From positions 5,107 through 69,106 of the forward strand of contig JBAZTH010000003.1 in the NCBI GenBank assembly GCA_041661965.1: a stretch of DNA of 64,000 bases. The letters are read 5' to 3'. Position numbers and translations under genes: made by a program. This stretch comes from Candidatus Margulisiibacteriota bacterium. Lineage in GTDB: Bacteria; Margulisbacteria; WOR-1; O2-12-FULL-45-9; XYB2-FULL-48-7. Under the pieces are notes generated by a model. It had not been told where the DNA came from. It made no database searches and saw only the letters and a program-made list of their open reading frames with translations. Numbering within the stretch: the stretch's first letter is position 1; each line of letters opens with the position of its first letter. This document shows positions 47,871 to 58,072 of this stretch, in pieces.

Positions 47871-47941
47871 GATATTATCGAAGAAAATAGCGGGGAATTT
47901 CAGTTTGGCTGTTTTTTAATAGCCGGTGGAGATGTGCTAAA

Positions 47942-48796
47942 ATGTCAGTTATGAAAAGAATTATTCTGTTGGCGGCGTTAACCATTTGTTTTGCCTTTCC
48001 ATTGTTAGCGCTTGGAAAGGCGACCCTCTCGACCGGAGCGATCGAACAGGGGAAGACCCTGGAAATTAAGGTTAGTTCAACTGATGGGATTGAAAATATC
48101 CGGGGAACATTTTTGGGCGAAAAGGTCCGCTTTTTCACGGCGGTTGACGGCTATCGGGCCCTGGTTGGGATCCCCCTGGAACAAAAGCCGGGGGTTTATC
48201 CGCTGGTCCTGACGTTGGAGCAAATTGAAACTCCCCCGCAGGCGATCAAAAAGAGAGTGAAGATCGTCAAAGGAAAATTTCCCGTGGTTTCTTTTTGGTT
48301 GAAGCCGGCGAAGAACAAGCTCCGCAGCCGGGAGATAATCAACAACGAATGGGCGGAAGTTGAAAAAGTCCTGGTCGTCAAAGACCCGGTCCAGCGCTGG
48401 AGCGGCAAATTTTCCTGGCCGGTCGAAGCCCCGACTTCCATGGTCTTTGGGGTGGTCCAGAAAGTTAACGGGAAGCCTTCCGGCCGTCACCGGGGCTATG
48501 ACCTGGCAGTTCCGCAGGGAACCGTCGTCGCCGCTCCGAATGACGGCAAAGTTGTATATACCGGCCGCTTGCGGGCTTTTGGCAATACGATTGTCGTCGA
48601 TCACGGCCAGGGGGTCCAGACCCTCTACTTCCACCTATCCAAATTTCTGGTTGAAGTTGGACAAGTCGTCAATCGGGGGGATCAACTTGCCTTGTCCGGC
48701 AATACCGGGATCTCCTCCGGGGCTCATCTCCATTGGGGGATGTCGGTCAACAATCTGCGGGTCGATCCGACCCAGTGGGTGAGAATGGAGTTGTAA
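47942..48796 (+). CDS. Secreted M23-family metallopeptidase (peptidoglycan endopeptidase-like)
   Basis: Signal peptide; HRGYDLAVPQGTVVAAPNDGKVVY...GNTIVVDHG...SGNTGISSGAHLHW (HxxxD and HxH zinc motifs). Confidence 0.8.
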   Translation: MSVMKRIILLAALTICFAFPLLALGKATLSTGAIEQGKTLEIKVSSTDGIENIRGTFLGEKVRFFTAVDGYRALVGIPLEQKPGVYPLVLTLEQIETPPQAIKKRVKIVKGKFPVVSFWLKPAKNKLRSREIINNEWAEVEKVLVVKDPVQRWSGKFSWPVEAPTSMVFGVVQKVNGKPSGRHRGYDLAVPQGTVVAAPNDGKVVYTGRLRAFGNTIVVDHGQGVQTLYFHLSKFLVEVGQVVNRGDQLALSGNTGISSGAHLHWGMSVNNLRVDPTQWVRMEL

Positions 48797-49806
48797 TGAG
48801 CAGCAACGCTAAGGTCTTAAGAATTATAGACGCGAACATTAACCGCTCCATGGAAGGGTTGCGGGTGGTGGACGAGATCGTCAGGTTTATCTTGAGCGAT
48901 GAAGCGCTGACCGCCAAGGTCAAAGGGTTGCGCCATCTTCTGCAACAAGGGATCCGGCCGATCGGCAACGACTTTTATCTTTACCGCGAATCGGCCGGTG
49001 ACGTTGGCCGGCGGTTATATCCTAAGAGCGAAGGCGAGCGAGCCGACCTGAAGTCGGTCTTTATGGCCAACATCAAACGGGCGGAGGAAGCGGTCCGTTG
49101 CCTGGAAGAATTTTCCAAGCTGATCAAAGCGGACTACGGCCGGGTATTTAAAGAAGCCCGCTTTCAGCTTTACGACCTGGAAAAAGAAATTATTCCTAAA
49201 TTAGAGAAAGCGATCAAGCTCGATTTTGAGCTTTACGTCGTGACCGACCCGGCTCTCGATCATTTGAAAATGGCAGAGCGAACTTTGTCCTCCGGCGCGA
49301 AAATGATCCAGCTCCGGGATAAAAAGATCAGCAAAGAAGCTTATCTCCAGCTGGCGAAGAAGCTCGCCGTCCTGGCCAAACGGGCCGGCGCGACCTTTAT
49401 TCTGAACGATTACTGGGATTTAGTGGCGCAAGTTGGAGCGGATGGGGTCCATCTGGGCCAGGAAGATCTCGCCAAGTTAACGGTGAAGAAGGTTCGGGAG
49501 AAGATCGGCGCCGATAAGATCATCGGGCTCTCGACCCATAGCCTGGAACAGGCGGTCAAAGCGGCCAAAGCGGGGGCAGATTACATCAGTTGCGGGCCGA
49601 TCTTTAAAACGCCGAGCAAGCCGCTGGGCCAGCCGGTCGGCTTAAAGTTATTAAAAAAAGTCCTGGTGACGGTCAAGGTCCCGGTTGTGGCAATTGGCGG
49701 GATCGATGAGACTAATGTCGCGGAAATAAGGAAGGTTGGGGGACAAAGGTTCGCGGCGATCAGGTCGAGCGAGGCGTTAGCCAAGAAGATGGAGCGTGCT
49801 ATTTAA
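48796..49806 (+). CDS. thiE: Thiamine-phosphate synthase (ThiE) with an about 125-aa N-terminal extension of unknown function
   Basis: ThiE TIM-barrel region LYVVTDP...IQLRDKK...GADGVHLGQEDL...VAIGGI; start ATG at 48796 overlaps the M23 gene stop (TAATG). Confidence 0.7.
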   Translation: MSSNAKVLRIIDANINRSMEGLRVVDEIVRFILSDEALTAKVKGLRHLLQQGIRPIGNDFYLYRESAGDVGRRLYPKSEGERADLKSVFMANIKRAEEAVRCLEEFSKLIKADYGRVFKEARFQLYDLEKEIIPKLEKAIKLDFELYVVTDPALDHLKMAERTLSSGAKMIQLRDKKISKEAYLQLAKKLAVLAKRAGATFILNDYWDLVAQVGADGVHLGQEDLAKLTVKKVREKIGADKIIGLSTHSLEQAVKAAKAGADYISCGPIFKTPSKPLGQPVGLKLLKKVLVTVKVPVVAIGGIDETNVAEIRKVGGQRFAAIRSSEALAKKMERAI

Positions 49807-51378
49807 AGCTTCTTCGAGAATTTCCGGTTGGAATGGGTCTTGGACCGCGATAAGTTGTGTTCTCAAGCCGGAGAACTGGATGTGTCCGGCCCGCTTTTTC
49901 GCCTCAAAAACCAGGTTATTGATAAAAAGAGACAAGGCTTCTTCTTTTCTTTGGCTCATGGTTCGGATTAAGCGAGACCAGAGTTCTTTCTCTTTTAAAA
50001 ATAATCTTAAGCGATTGGCGTTAGCCAGGTTTCCGTCAACCTCTTTCATAAGAAAACCGCAAACCAGTGTTTCCGATTGATATTCGAGGGCCGCTTGAGC
50101 GACCCGGGCCCCTTTTTCCGGCAAAGCGCTGGTCATTACCAGTTGATAACCGATCAACAGTTCGTTTGTTACCGCCGAGGATATTCTGGCGGACGGAGTC
50201 AGTTCCAGCATTTGGCCGAGGCGCGTTGTTGCCTGGGCGACATCGTCTTCGGTGCGGAGCTTGTTCAATTGTTTGCGCCAGGCGGAGAGCCTGACTGCCA
50301 GCGCCAGCGTTTCCTTATTGTCGATCTCCCTGCCGGGGCCGTTCAGGTACTCTAAATTATCCTGCATTTGTCCTATTCCCGACAAGACGCTCGCTCTAAT
50401 CTCCCGGCTGGTCGCCTCGACCAATTCCCGGCTGAAGCTGTCGATCGTTTCCGGGTTGGCTTCAAGAAAAACCGTTAACATAACAATCGTTTCCGGTTGG
50501 CGCAGCATGGCATGGATTGTTTTTTGAATGATCGGTTCCAGGACCGCCCGAATGGGCGCTTGGTCTTCCGTTTGATTAAGATAATAAAGCATAGGAAAAA
50601 AGAGGGGCTTGGCTAATTCCTGGACCAGTTCGAGCTCGACCGCGCCGCCTAGATTACGGGGAAGAACCTGATGGTTGGCGGTTTTTCCGGCTAAGGACTG
50701 CTGCAGGATATTGAAGACCGCCTGGGCGTGTCTTGATCGGGCGATCGCCCCGATGTATCGGACGGCCAGTTTTTCCGCGTTGCCGGGTTTTTGGGACGTT
50801 TTCCGCAAGCAATTGATGGTTGCCAACAGAGAGAAAACTGCTTGCGGGCCGATGCCGGTAAAAATTCGCTCCAGAATGTGCGCTTGACGGTTTTTATTGA
50901 TGCCGTTCGGTAAAGGGAGCGCGGCGGCGATTTTACGGTCCTGATAATTTTGAAAGACGGCCAAGAGGGTTGTCGTTTCGCCCCTTTCGATGGCCGATCG
51001 GAGCCGTTCAACATAGCGCCCAAGCGCGATCATCGTCTCAAACGGATTCCGAGCCGCGGCCTTCGGCATAGTTCCTTGCCGCTGACTGTCTTTTAACCGC
51101 TCACCGTCAATCGCGTCCAGCAATTGGTCAAGATCGCCGTTGGCGCAATGATAACAACCATCGGCAAATAAACGACGATTATTTGAATCTGCCAGTATTT
51201 CGCAAGCTAAGTCTTCTTGAGCGGGATAAGTCCGTAAATATTTAGCCACGGCGTCGCTGGCCACTGGCGGCAATTGCCTGGCCAGCCTGCCCCAGGAGGC
51301 TTTAACTTCCGCCTTAACGATGTTTCTTGGCTTAAGAAGAGGCGGCGGCGCGCTTATTCGTTTTGGGAAGATGCTCAT
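49777..51378 (-). CDS. Hypothetical 533-aa protein (alpha-helical), convergent with thiE (30-nt 3' overlap)
   Basis: Long ORF with native codon usage; no recognisable domain. Confidence 0.45.
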   Translation of the reverse strand: MSIFPKRISAPPPLLKPRNIVKAEVKASWGRLARQLPPVASDAVAKYLRTYPAQEDLACEILADSNNRRLFADGCYHCANGDLDQLLDAIDGERLKDSQRQGTMPKAAARNPFETMIALGRYVERLRSAIERGETTTLLAVFQNYQDRKIAAALPLPNGINKNRQAHILERIFTGIGPQAVFSLLATINCLRKTSQKPGNAEKLAVRYIGAIARSRHAQAVFNILQQSLAGKTANHQVLPRNLGGAVELELVQELAKPLFFPMLYYLNQTEDQAPIRAVLEPIIQKTIHAMLRQPETIVMLTVFLEANPETIDSFSRELVEATSREIRASVLSGIGQMQDNLEYLNGPGREIDNKETLALAVRLSAWRKQLNKLRTEDDVAQATTRLGQMLELTPSARISSAVTNELLIGYQLVMTSALPEKGARVAQAALEYQSETLVCGFLMKEVDGNLANANRLRLFLKEKELWSRLIRTMSQRKEEALSLFINNLVFEAKKRAGHIQFSGLRTQLIAVQDPFQPEILEEALNSTLHLLG

Positions 51379-51463
51379 ATCAAGTAATTATCGCCGGCTT
51401 CGTTGATAAATTTCATTTTTTTTGCTATTATTTATACGACGTGAATTGAAGGGAGAAAATAAA

Positions 51464-52516
51464 ATGACATATAAAATTGCGGTAATTGGCGGAGACGGAA
51501 CAGGCCCGGAGGTTGTCGCTGAAGGCTTAAAGGTCTTAAAAGCGGTCGCGAAAAAGTACAATTTCAAATACGAACTCAAGGATTTCGACTTTTCCGGGGA
51601 ACGCTATCTCAAGACCGGCCAACTGGTGACCGATGAAGATGTCGCCGAACTCAAGAAATACAACGCTATTTATTTAGGGGCGGTCGGCAGTCCGGATGTC
51701 AAGCCGGGGATCCTGGAACACGGCGTCTTGCTCAAACTGCGCTTTGCCCTCGATCAATACATCAATCTTCGCCCGGTCAAGCTTTATCCCAATGTCTGGA
51801 CGCCGGTCAAAGATAAAGGACCGGACGAGATCGACTTTGTCGTCGTTCGGGAAAACAGCGAAGGCCTTTACGTCGGTACCGGCGGCTTCCTGAAAAAGGG
51901 GACCCCGGACGAAGTGGCGACCCAGGTTTCAGTGAATACCCGCAAGGGAGTGGAACGCTGTCTCCGCTACGCCTTCGAAATCGCCAGGAAGCGAAACAAA
52001 CGGAAACAGCTGACCCTGGTCGGCAAGACCAATGTTTTGACCTACGCTTTTGATCTCTGGGAGCGGGCCTTCCATGAGATCGGGGAAAAGGACTATCCCG
52101 ATATTAAACGGGAATACGCCCACGTCGACGCGACTTGCATGTGGTTCGTGAAGAACCCGGAATGGTTCGACGTTATCGTGACCGACAACCTGTTCGGCGA
52201 CATCATTACCGACCTGGGGGCGATGATCCAGGGGGGGATGGGGATCGCGGCCGGCGGCAACATTAACCCGCAGGGGGTCTCGATGTTCGAGCCGATCGGC
52301 GGCTCGGCCCCGAAATACACCGGCAAGAACGTCATCAATCCTTTGGCGGCGATCGGCGCCATGCAGCTCCTCTTAAGCAACCTGGGGGAAGAAAAGGCGG
52401 CCGCCGACATCGAAGCGGCGATCATCAAGACCGTGGCCAAGATGCCCTCGCAAGCGGCCGGCAAGATGGGGATGGGGACGAAGGAAGTCGGGGACAGCGT
52501 TGTTGCTAACCTCTGA
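51464..52516 (+). CDS. leuB: 3-isopropylmalate dehydrogenase (or closely related isocitrate/tartrate dehydrogenase-family enzyme)
   Basis: MTYKIAVIGGDGTGPEV...; NLFGDIITDLGAMIQGGMGIAAGGNI signature of the beta-decarboxylating dehydrogenase family. Confidence 0.75.
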   Translation: MTYKIAVIGGDGTGPEVVAEGLKVLKAVAKKYNFKYELKDFDFSGERYLKTGQLVTDEDVAELKKYNAIYLGAVGSPDVKPGILEHGVLLKLRFALDQYINLRPVKLYPNVWTPVKDKGPDEIDFVVVRENSEGLYVGTGGFLKKGTPDEVATQVSVNTRKGVERCLRYAFEIARKRNKRKQLTLVGKTNVLTYAFDLWERAFHEIGEKDYPDIKREYAHVDATCMWFVKNPEWFDVIVTDNLFGDIITDLGAMIQGGMGIAAGGNINPQGVSMFEPIGGSAPKYTGKNVINPLAAIGAMQLLLSNLGEEKAAADIEAAIIKTVAKMPSQAAGKMGMGTKEVGDSVVANL

Positions 52517-52520
52517 ACTT

Positions 52521-53141
52521 CTATATTCCCGCGAGTTTTCGTAAAAATATATCAGCGGCAGTTTTCAGTTTTTGGAGCGGGATGAGCTGGTTCGGACCTT
52601 GGCCTAAAGATAAGACCATCATTTGTCCGGTGAATTTGGCGAGCGGACCAAACATATTGTCGAGTTCTTTTTGGGCGAAGCTATCGGTATCGGACAACTT
52701 GACATGGTTCGGCTCGACCGGTCTGGTGACCGGGAAGCCAGGGCAGGGGACCATTGTTAATTCGCTCTCGTCAGCATTGAAGGCCGGTAAGGCCAAGCTA
52801 GTTACTCTTTTTAGATAGACATCGTCGCAAAAAGCAATCAGTCCGCAATAATCTTGATAATGATCGGAGTTTTGCAGCAGTTCGCGCAGGTCACGGGGGA
52901 GGGCCGCCTTTTCAACCCCTAGGAGGACCTTGAGCTGTTGGGGATTATATTGTGGTTGATTGGTCTGCCAATCATGAATTATTCGTCCCACTTCATTTAT
53001 TGTCGACAAAGGCCGCGCTTTTATTCTGGTTAGAAGCATGATTTCGGAGTTTAAGGAAACAGTATAGCAACGGACCCCGGCCCGGTAGGTTCGTGGTTGG
53101 AATGTTATTCGGTGTTGGGCATCTAAGGTCATATTGATCAT
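52521..53141 (-). CDS. Hypothetical 206-aa protein, kinase-adjacent; paralogue of 45915-46481
   Basis: See the paralogue; lies directly downstream of the Ser/Thr kinase at 53221-54504. Confidence 0.4.
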   Translation of the reverse strand: MINMTLDAQHRITFQPRTYRAGVRCYTVSLNSEIMLLTRIKARPLSTINEVGRIIHDWQTNQPQYNPQQLKVLLGVEKAALPRDLRELLQNSDHYQDYCGLIAFCDDVYLKRVTSLALPAFNADESELTMVPCPGFPVTRPVEPNHVKLSDTDSFAQKELDNMFGPLAKFTGQMMVLSLGQGPNQLIPLQKLKTAADIFLRKLAGI

Positions 53142-53220
53142 TTGTTTTCTCTATATAACATCGGCAGGGGAGAGCTTTAATTTCAGTGGATTTATGATGA
53201 GGGGGAGCGTTTTAACTGGC

Positions 53221-54504
53221 TTAAAATGGGTAGGGCTGTTCTTCTGAAACCCCGGTTACTTCCGCTACTTCGCTGGCCGGCAGCATTTGGTAAACCTCAT
53301 ATTCTTCTATACTTTTTGCTAACCGTTGGGCTTGTCGCAGGGAAGCGATTAGTTCGTTTAACTCACTCGGGCGCTTAGCCGGGTCCTTATCAGTCATGCT
53401 TTGAATGATGTTATCCAGCCGAGAATGTAAACCATTGAGGACGGGACTAAGCCAAATAGCGTTTCGACCTTCAAATCTTTCGGTGATCGCGGCTTTGGGC
53501 AAATTTGGAAAAGGCTCATTGATCTGATTATTTGCCACCGCGAGAAAGCTCCCGCCTCTCATTGGGTTGGTACTCCAGGCGAGCAGACCATAGAGGATTA
53601 TTCCCAGGGAATAAATATCATACGCTGGTCCGAAAGAAGAGATCATTTCTGAAGAATATAAATGTCCAAAAGCTTCTGGCGGCATATAATTAAGTGTTCC
53701 TTTAACTACGCCTTGTTTGATGTCTTTATCTTCTTTGCCAATTTCAATAGCCAGACCAAGATCTATTAGGAAGGCTTTGAGACCAATATTTATTTCATTA
53801 GTAATAAGAATGTTCCCCGGTTTTAGGTCCCGGTGAATCAGACCATTGCTATTGATTGATTTGAGCGCTCCAAGCATTTGAATCGCGATCTCTACCGTCT
53901 GATTAACCGTTAAAGAATTGCTTTCCAAGTAATAATTTAAGGACGGCCCGTCGAGATCCCGCATTGCCAGATAGTAAGGAGTGTTGCCGGAGCTATCCGG
54001 TCTTGAATTTGGCAGAGGCCCTGATTCGACATGCTCAGGGATCCCCAGCGAAACATTGTTTTCAACCGGATTTGAAGTGGTGATTTTTTCCAGGGCCGCC
54101 GCTTCGGAAATTAAGGCTCGTGCCATTCTGTTTTCGGCGCATTTAATGATTACCTTAGTTGAAGCTAGCTCTTTCATACTTTCCAAGGCCTTTAAGCCTG
54201 ATCTGGTGATAGTAAGCCGACAAAGATCAAACAGATCGGCGTCAATAGCGTCCAGTTTGGCCAGATTAATTTTTTTTAGCTTAGCGATCCCTAGGGAGCG
54301 CAACTGTTCGAGGCCTAACATTTGTAGTTTTTTTAAGTCGATCGCTCGATAGGCGGTGGACATTCCTCCCTGTTCAGATAATTTGGAGGTGATCAAATAT
54401 CTTCTAAGATAGATCTGTCCAACGCGAAGGTTATCGCTTCTGATCTCTCGGTTGACCGGGTGAGGGGTTCGCCCGATATTTACCGCGGCTGATGAGTAGG
54501 ACAT
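53221..54504 (-). CDS. Hanks-type Ser/Thr protein kinase (427 aa)
   Basis: GLIHRDLKPGNILI catalytic loop; ...IDLGLA (DFG-equivalent DLG); TLNYMPPEA. Confidence 0.75.
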   Translation of the reverse strand: MSYSSAAVNIGRTPHPVNREIRSDNLRVGQIYLRRYLITSKLSEQGGMSTAYRAIDLKKLQMLGLEQLRSLGIAKLKKINLAKLDAIDADLFDLCRLTITRSGLKALESMKELASTKVIIKCAENRMARALISEAAALEKITTSNPVENNVSLGIPEHVESGPLPNSRPDSSGNTPYYLAMRDLDGPSLNYYLESNSLTVNQTVEIAIQMLGALKSINSNGLIHRDLKPGNILITNEINIGLKAFLIDLGLAIEIGKEDKDIKQGVVKGTLNYMPPEAFGHLYSSEMISSFGPAYDIYSLGIILYGLLAWSTNPMRGGSFLAVANNQINEPFPNLPKAAITERFEGRNAIWLSPVLNGLHSRLDNIIQSMTDKDPAKRPSELNELIASLRQAQRLAKSIEEYEVYQMLPASEVAEVTGVSEEQPYPF

Positions 54505-54643
54505 TAATATCTCTCTCCTCAGGCCTAACCAATAGGCCTTCTGCTTATATTATCGAATATATCGGGGGAAAACTTGCGCAAAGGCCAGTCATATATTTGG
54601 CGTAAAATAAGTAAATACTGGGAGTGTAAGTAGGGGCGGGCAG

Positions 54644-55123
54644 TTACCGGTGTTTTAAATAATTGATCAGCCCGCCCTTGTCGACGATCTTTTGCATGAA
54701 CTCGGGGAAGGCTTGTGCTTTATAGGTTTTACCGCTGGTTTTGTCTTTTATCGTCCCGCTGGATAGTTCAACTTCGAGCTTGTCCCCTTCATTTATTTCT
54801 TCCGCCGCCTGGGGTGATTCCAGAATGGGGAGGCCGATATTGATGGCGTTCCGGTAAAAGATCCGGGCGAACGACTTGGCGATCACCGCCGAGATCCCAG
54901 CCGCCTTGAGGGCGATGGGGGCGTGTTCGCGCGACGAGCCGCAACCGAAGTTATCCCCGGCGACGATAAAGTCGCCCGGGTTCATTTTGTCGACCCATTC
55001 CGAGTCGGCGTCCATCATGGCGTACTGGGCGAGCTCGGCCGGGTCGGAGGTATTGAGGTACCTGGCCGGGATGATCAGGTCGGTATCGATATTATTACCG
55101 AATTTCCACGCTTTACCTTGCAT
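54644..55123 (-). CDS. leuD: 3-isopropylmalate dehydratase small subunit (short archaeal-type LeuD)
   Basis: 159 aa; [17 protein letters not shown] and [14 protein letters not shown] motifs. Confidence 0.8.
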   Translation of the reverse strand: MQGKAWKFGNNIDTDLIIPARYLNTSDPAELAQYAMMDADSEWVDKMNPGDFIVAGDNFGCGSSREHAPIALKAAGISAVIAKSFARIFYRNAINIGLPILESPQAAEEINEGDKLEVELSSGTIKDKTSGKTYKAQAFPEFMQKIVDKGGLINYLKHR

Positions 55124-55250
55124 AACATCACTATTTTAGCACCCTTAAAGCGGGACTTCAATAAATCCCCTGAAATTTTCTCCTCCAAATATCGATAATT
55201 TTTTAGAGAGCGGCAGCTCCGCGCTTAAAAAAATTTATAAAGGCGGGAAC

Positions 55251-56186
55251 ATGATAATTAAAACGGGATTGCGGAACGCCGGTTCTTTCCCCGCGCGGAC
55301 TGCCGGTTATGAAATATTTCCGAGCCGCAACGGCCGGATCGCGGCTTGCCAGCCTTACAAATATCCCACCAGAGACAACGACCTTGCGGTCGGCGAACAG
55401 GTCTTTCAGGCCGATAACCGGCAAGAGTATCTTTCGGTCCGCCTCACCATGTCCCATCTTTTCTCGGCCATGGGGGCCGACAGCCGCGGCCAGGCGGTTG
55501 AAAACAAGGCGGTCATTACTTCTCCCGGACTGGTCCCGGCGGAGATCGAACGATCTTTCAGCCTGGCCGGACCGGAATTCGCCGCCGATTTTGCCGGCCT
55601 CGCCAATATCGTTTTTTGCCCGCTGGTTTTAGAGGTTGACGATCGCGGGGTCCGCTGGTCGCCGGGTTTTGAATTGGGGATGTTTTATCACGAACCGGTG
55701 CTTCAAAGATCTTTTTTAAGCCAAGCGAAGTATCTTGACGATCCGGCCAGGATCGTCTTTGTCAGCGCTTTTTCCGCGGAAAAACTCCCGATCCCGGGAG
55801 AAGAACTTCACTGGAGCTTAAGTTTTCTGGTCGGTCGGGTCAAGATCAATGCTTTGGCGGTTGCCAAAGGCTTATCGGATTTCGGGGAGAGCGCCCGGGA
55901 TTGCTACGCCCAGATCTATCAGATCAGACTGACCCAGAACTTGCTGGAACAGACTTTGGCCGCTGACCCAAGTTTCAATTCTAATAGTAAATTCATGATT
56001 ATCCTGAAGTACTTGATCGGTTTCGACCAAATGGTCGGCAAAGCGGCCAACCTGATGACCCCGGCTGAAAAACAGCGCTTGGCGGGCTTGTTCGGCGGGG
56101 AGAGCGTCGATACCACACGACGTTATAACCAGGCTTTTGTGGAAGCGATGCTGGGGACCGTAGACAAAGAGCCGACTGCGAGTTAA
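55251..56186 (+). CDS. Hypothetical 311-aa protein, upstream partner of a Ser/Thr kinase; paralogue of 59109-59954
   Basis: Shares LAG.EFA.DF ... PGEELHWSLS(F/W)(L/F)(V/I)GR(V/L) segments with the 281-aa ORF. Confidence 0.45.
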   Translation: MIIKTGLRNAGSFPARTAGYEIFPSRNGRIAACQPYKYPTRDNDLAVGEQVFQADNRQEYLSVRLTMSHLFSAMGADSRGQAVENKAVITSPGLVPAEIERSFSLAGPEFAADFAGLANIVFCPLVLEVDDRGVRWSPGFELGMFYHEPVLQRSFLSQAKYLDDPARIVFVSAFSAEKLPIPGEELHWSLSFLVGRVKINALAVAKGLSDFGESARDCYAQIYQIRLTQNLLEQTLAADPSFNSNSKFMIILKYLIGFDQMVGKAANLMTPAEKQRLAGLFGGESVDTTRRYNQAFVEAMLGTVDKEPTAS

Positions 56187-56251
56187 AAAACCGCTTATAA
56201 AACTGCAATTTTTGTCAATTTGTTACGATAATATAATAGAGGGAGTACCCT

Positions 56252-57265
56252 ATGAGTACAATCAGAAAAATACCTTCGTTCAGTGATCTTAAACCGAGCC
56301 GGAAAATCAGCCGTCCGGCGCCTTCGCGGCTGAAGCAACCGGCGGACAACAATCCCGGCCGCCTCTCGTTGCCCAAGGTTGATTTTACTCATACCGTTGA
56401 CCAAGATCATATCGCCAATTTAATGTCCGCTACCCATAATTGCCTGATGAATACCACGGGGCCGATTGAGTTCGGCCCTTTTCTATTGAGAAGCAGACTT
56501 GGCGCCGGAGGGTATGGCGTAACTTTTAAAGCGATCGACATGCGAGACGGCAAAGAAAGCGTCGTCAAGGTCCCTTTAAGATTTGAAGAGGATAATTTTA
56601 GGGCGCTGATAGAAGAGGGGCAAAAAGCATTGGTCAGCGGCAGTCTTGACGGGCAGGTCGTTACGGTCAAAGGAATAGGGGATGTTAACGGCGTCCCGTA
56701 TATTGCCATGGAATATATCGATGGGTTCGACCTCTCCGCTCTTCTTGAGCTGAACGGCGATTTTTTGCCGCTTAAACGGAGCCTTGAGATCGTCATCGGC
56801 CTTTGCGACGCGGTTGAACACTGTCACTCGCTCGGGGTTTTTCATCGGGACATCAAACCGTCGAACATCATGATCGGCAATGACGGCAGAGTCGTGCTGA
56901 TCGATCCCGGATTATCCGCTGTTGGGAACGACGCGACCGGTTTTGCCGGCACGCCGCTCTATTTTTCACCGGAGCAGTCGAGAGGGGAACAATTAACGCC
57001 GAGATCGGAGATCTTTACGGTCGGCGTGATCCTGTTCGAAATTCTGACCGGCGAACACCCGTTCGGGGCCTACACTCATTCGGCGCTGATGCAAAACATT
57101 CAATCCAATGAACCGGACTTCAGCCTCCTGCCGCAAAAGACCAGGGAACAAAAGCAGCTTTTCTACGTGATCAGGCGGGCGCTGGCCAAAGACCCGAAAC
57201 GCCGGCCGGCTTCGGCCGCCGAACTGCGCAGTCAGCTCGCAATTATCCTCGCCAAACTGCCGTAA
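56252..57265 (+). CDS. Hanks-type Ser/Thr protein kinase (337 aa)
   Basis: GAGGYGVTFKA (Gly-rich loop); VVKV (Lys); VFHRDIKPSNIMI; DPG(L)S; GTPLYFSPEQ. Confidence 0.8.
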   Translation: MSTIRKIPSFSDLKPSRKISRPAPSRLKQPADNNPGRLSLPKVDFTHTVDQDHIANLMSATHNCLMNTTGPIEFGPFLLRSRLGAGGYGVTFKAIDMRDGKESVVKVPLRFEEDNFRALIEEGQKALVSGSLDGQVVTVKGIGDVNGVPYIAMEYIDGFDLSALLELNGDFLPLKRSLEIVIGLCDAVEHCHSLGVFHRDIKPSNIMIGNDGRVVLIDPGLSAVGNDATGFAGTPLYFSPEQSRGEQLTPRSEIFTVGVILFEILTGEHPFGAYTHSALMQNIQSNEPDFSLLPQKTREQKQLFYVIRRALAKDPKRRPASAAELRSQLAIILAKLP

Positions 57266-57354
57266 TTATACGCCGCTTCTAAGCCAGCAAAATATCCTGA
57301 AATTTCCCGGCGGGCTAAAAGATAACTAATCAGCCGCAGTAAAAGGAGATTTTT

Positions 57355-57615
57355 ATGGTATATAAAGTCGGGTCCCGTCAATTAAGGCCGCAGTCGACCG
57401 CGCTGAAAGTCGGCGACGAGATGATTGGGAGCCTTATTTTTAGGGAGAGAAGGAATGTCGGTTTCGGAGAAGCAAGGGAACTTTTGCTGGTCAGGGTCAG
57501 AGACGGTATCATGGGACTCTTGGTCGGTAACCGGGCCGAATTGGACGCGCTGGACCCGAACCTTACGATGCCGCCGACTCTTTGCATCCAAAAAGACGCT
57601 ACGTTTTTGAATTGA
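57355..57615 (+). CDS. Hypothetical 86-aa protein with a strong RBS (AAAGGAG)
   Basis: ORF plus canonical Shine-Dalgarno 8 nt upstream. Confidence 0.35.
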   Translation: MVYKVGSRQLRPQSTALKVGDEMIGSLIFRERRNVGFGEARELLLVRVRDGIMGLLVGNRAELDALDPNLTMPPTLCIQKDATFLN

Positions 57616-57635
57616 TCAATCAATGGCGGCCAAAC

Positions 57636-58010
57636 ATGCCGGCCGCCGCCCCGACCAAGCCCGAAACCACTCCTTCCCGCATCACCGACAAAGCGATCCC
57701 GGCGGTAACAGAGCGGACCGCTTTCCGCAATTTCGGCTACGGCCTGTCAAAGACCAGTTCGAGGGATAAAGGCCAGTTAAGGAGCCTTTCTATGGACTGG
57801 ATTGCCATGGCCAATGATGGCATTGGAACCTATCGCCGGAGCCTGCGGGATGGAGAAATTATCGACCTGGAGGCGTATCAACATTATAAGGGTCTTTATG
57901 AGCTCGTCCAAAAATTGGAGATAAAAAATAAGGGTTGGTCTTCCTTCAGGGATAAATTCTTCCAGTTTTTAAGCCTCCCGGCGGAACCGACGCGGCCGGA
58001 ACGATCATAA
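57636..58010 (+). CDS. Hypothetical about 124-aa protein (start uncertain; ORF track extends to 57582)
   Basis: ORF only. Confidence 0.25.
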   Translation: MPAAAPTKPETTPSRITDKAIPAVTERTAFRNFGYGLSKTSSRDKGQLRSLSMDWIAMANDGIGTYRRSLRDGEIIDLEAYQHYKGLYELVQKLEIKNKGWSSFRDKFFQFLSLPAEPTRPERS

Positions 58011-58072
58011 TCTCGGTTTAGCCATGCAATTTTACTCGTTTTCTTTCGATAATATAGTAGGAGTAAAGTGCC

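Noticed and set aside
54505-54660. Hairpins (GGCCTAACCAATAGGCC; GGGCGGGC...GCCCGCCC) between the kinase and leuD
   Set aside because: No T-runs follow and they partly overlap coding sequence. Too weak to call terminators or riboswitch elements.
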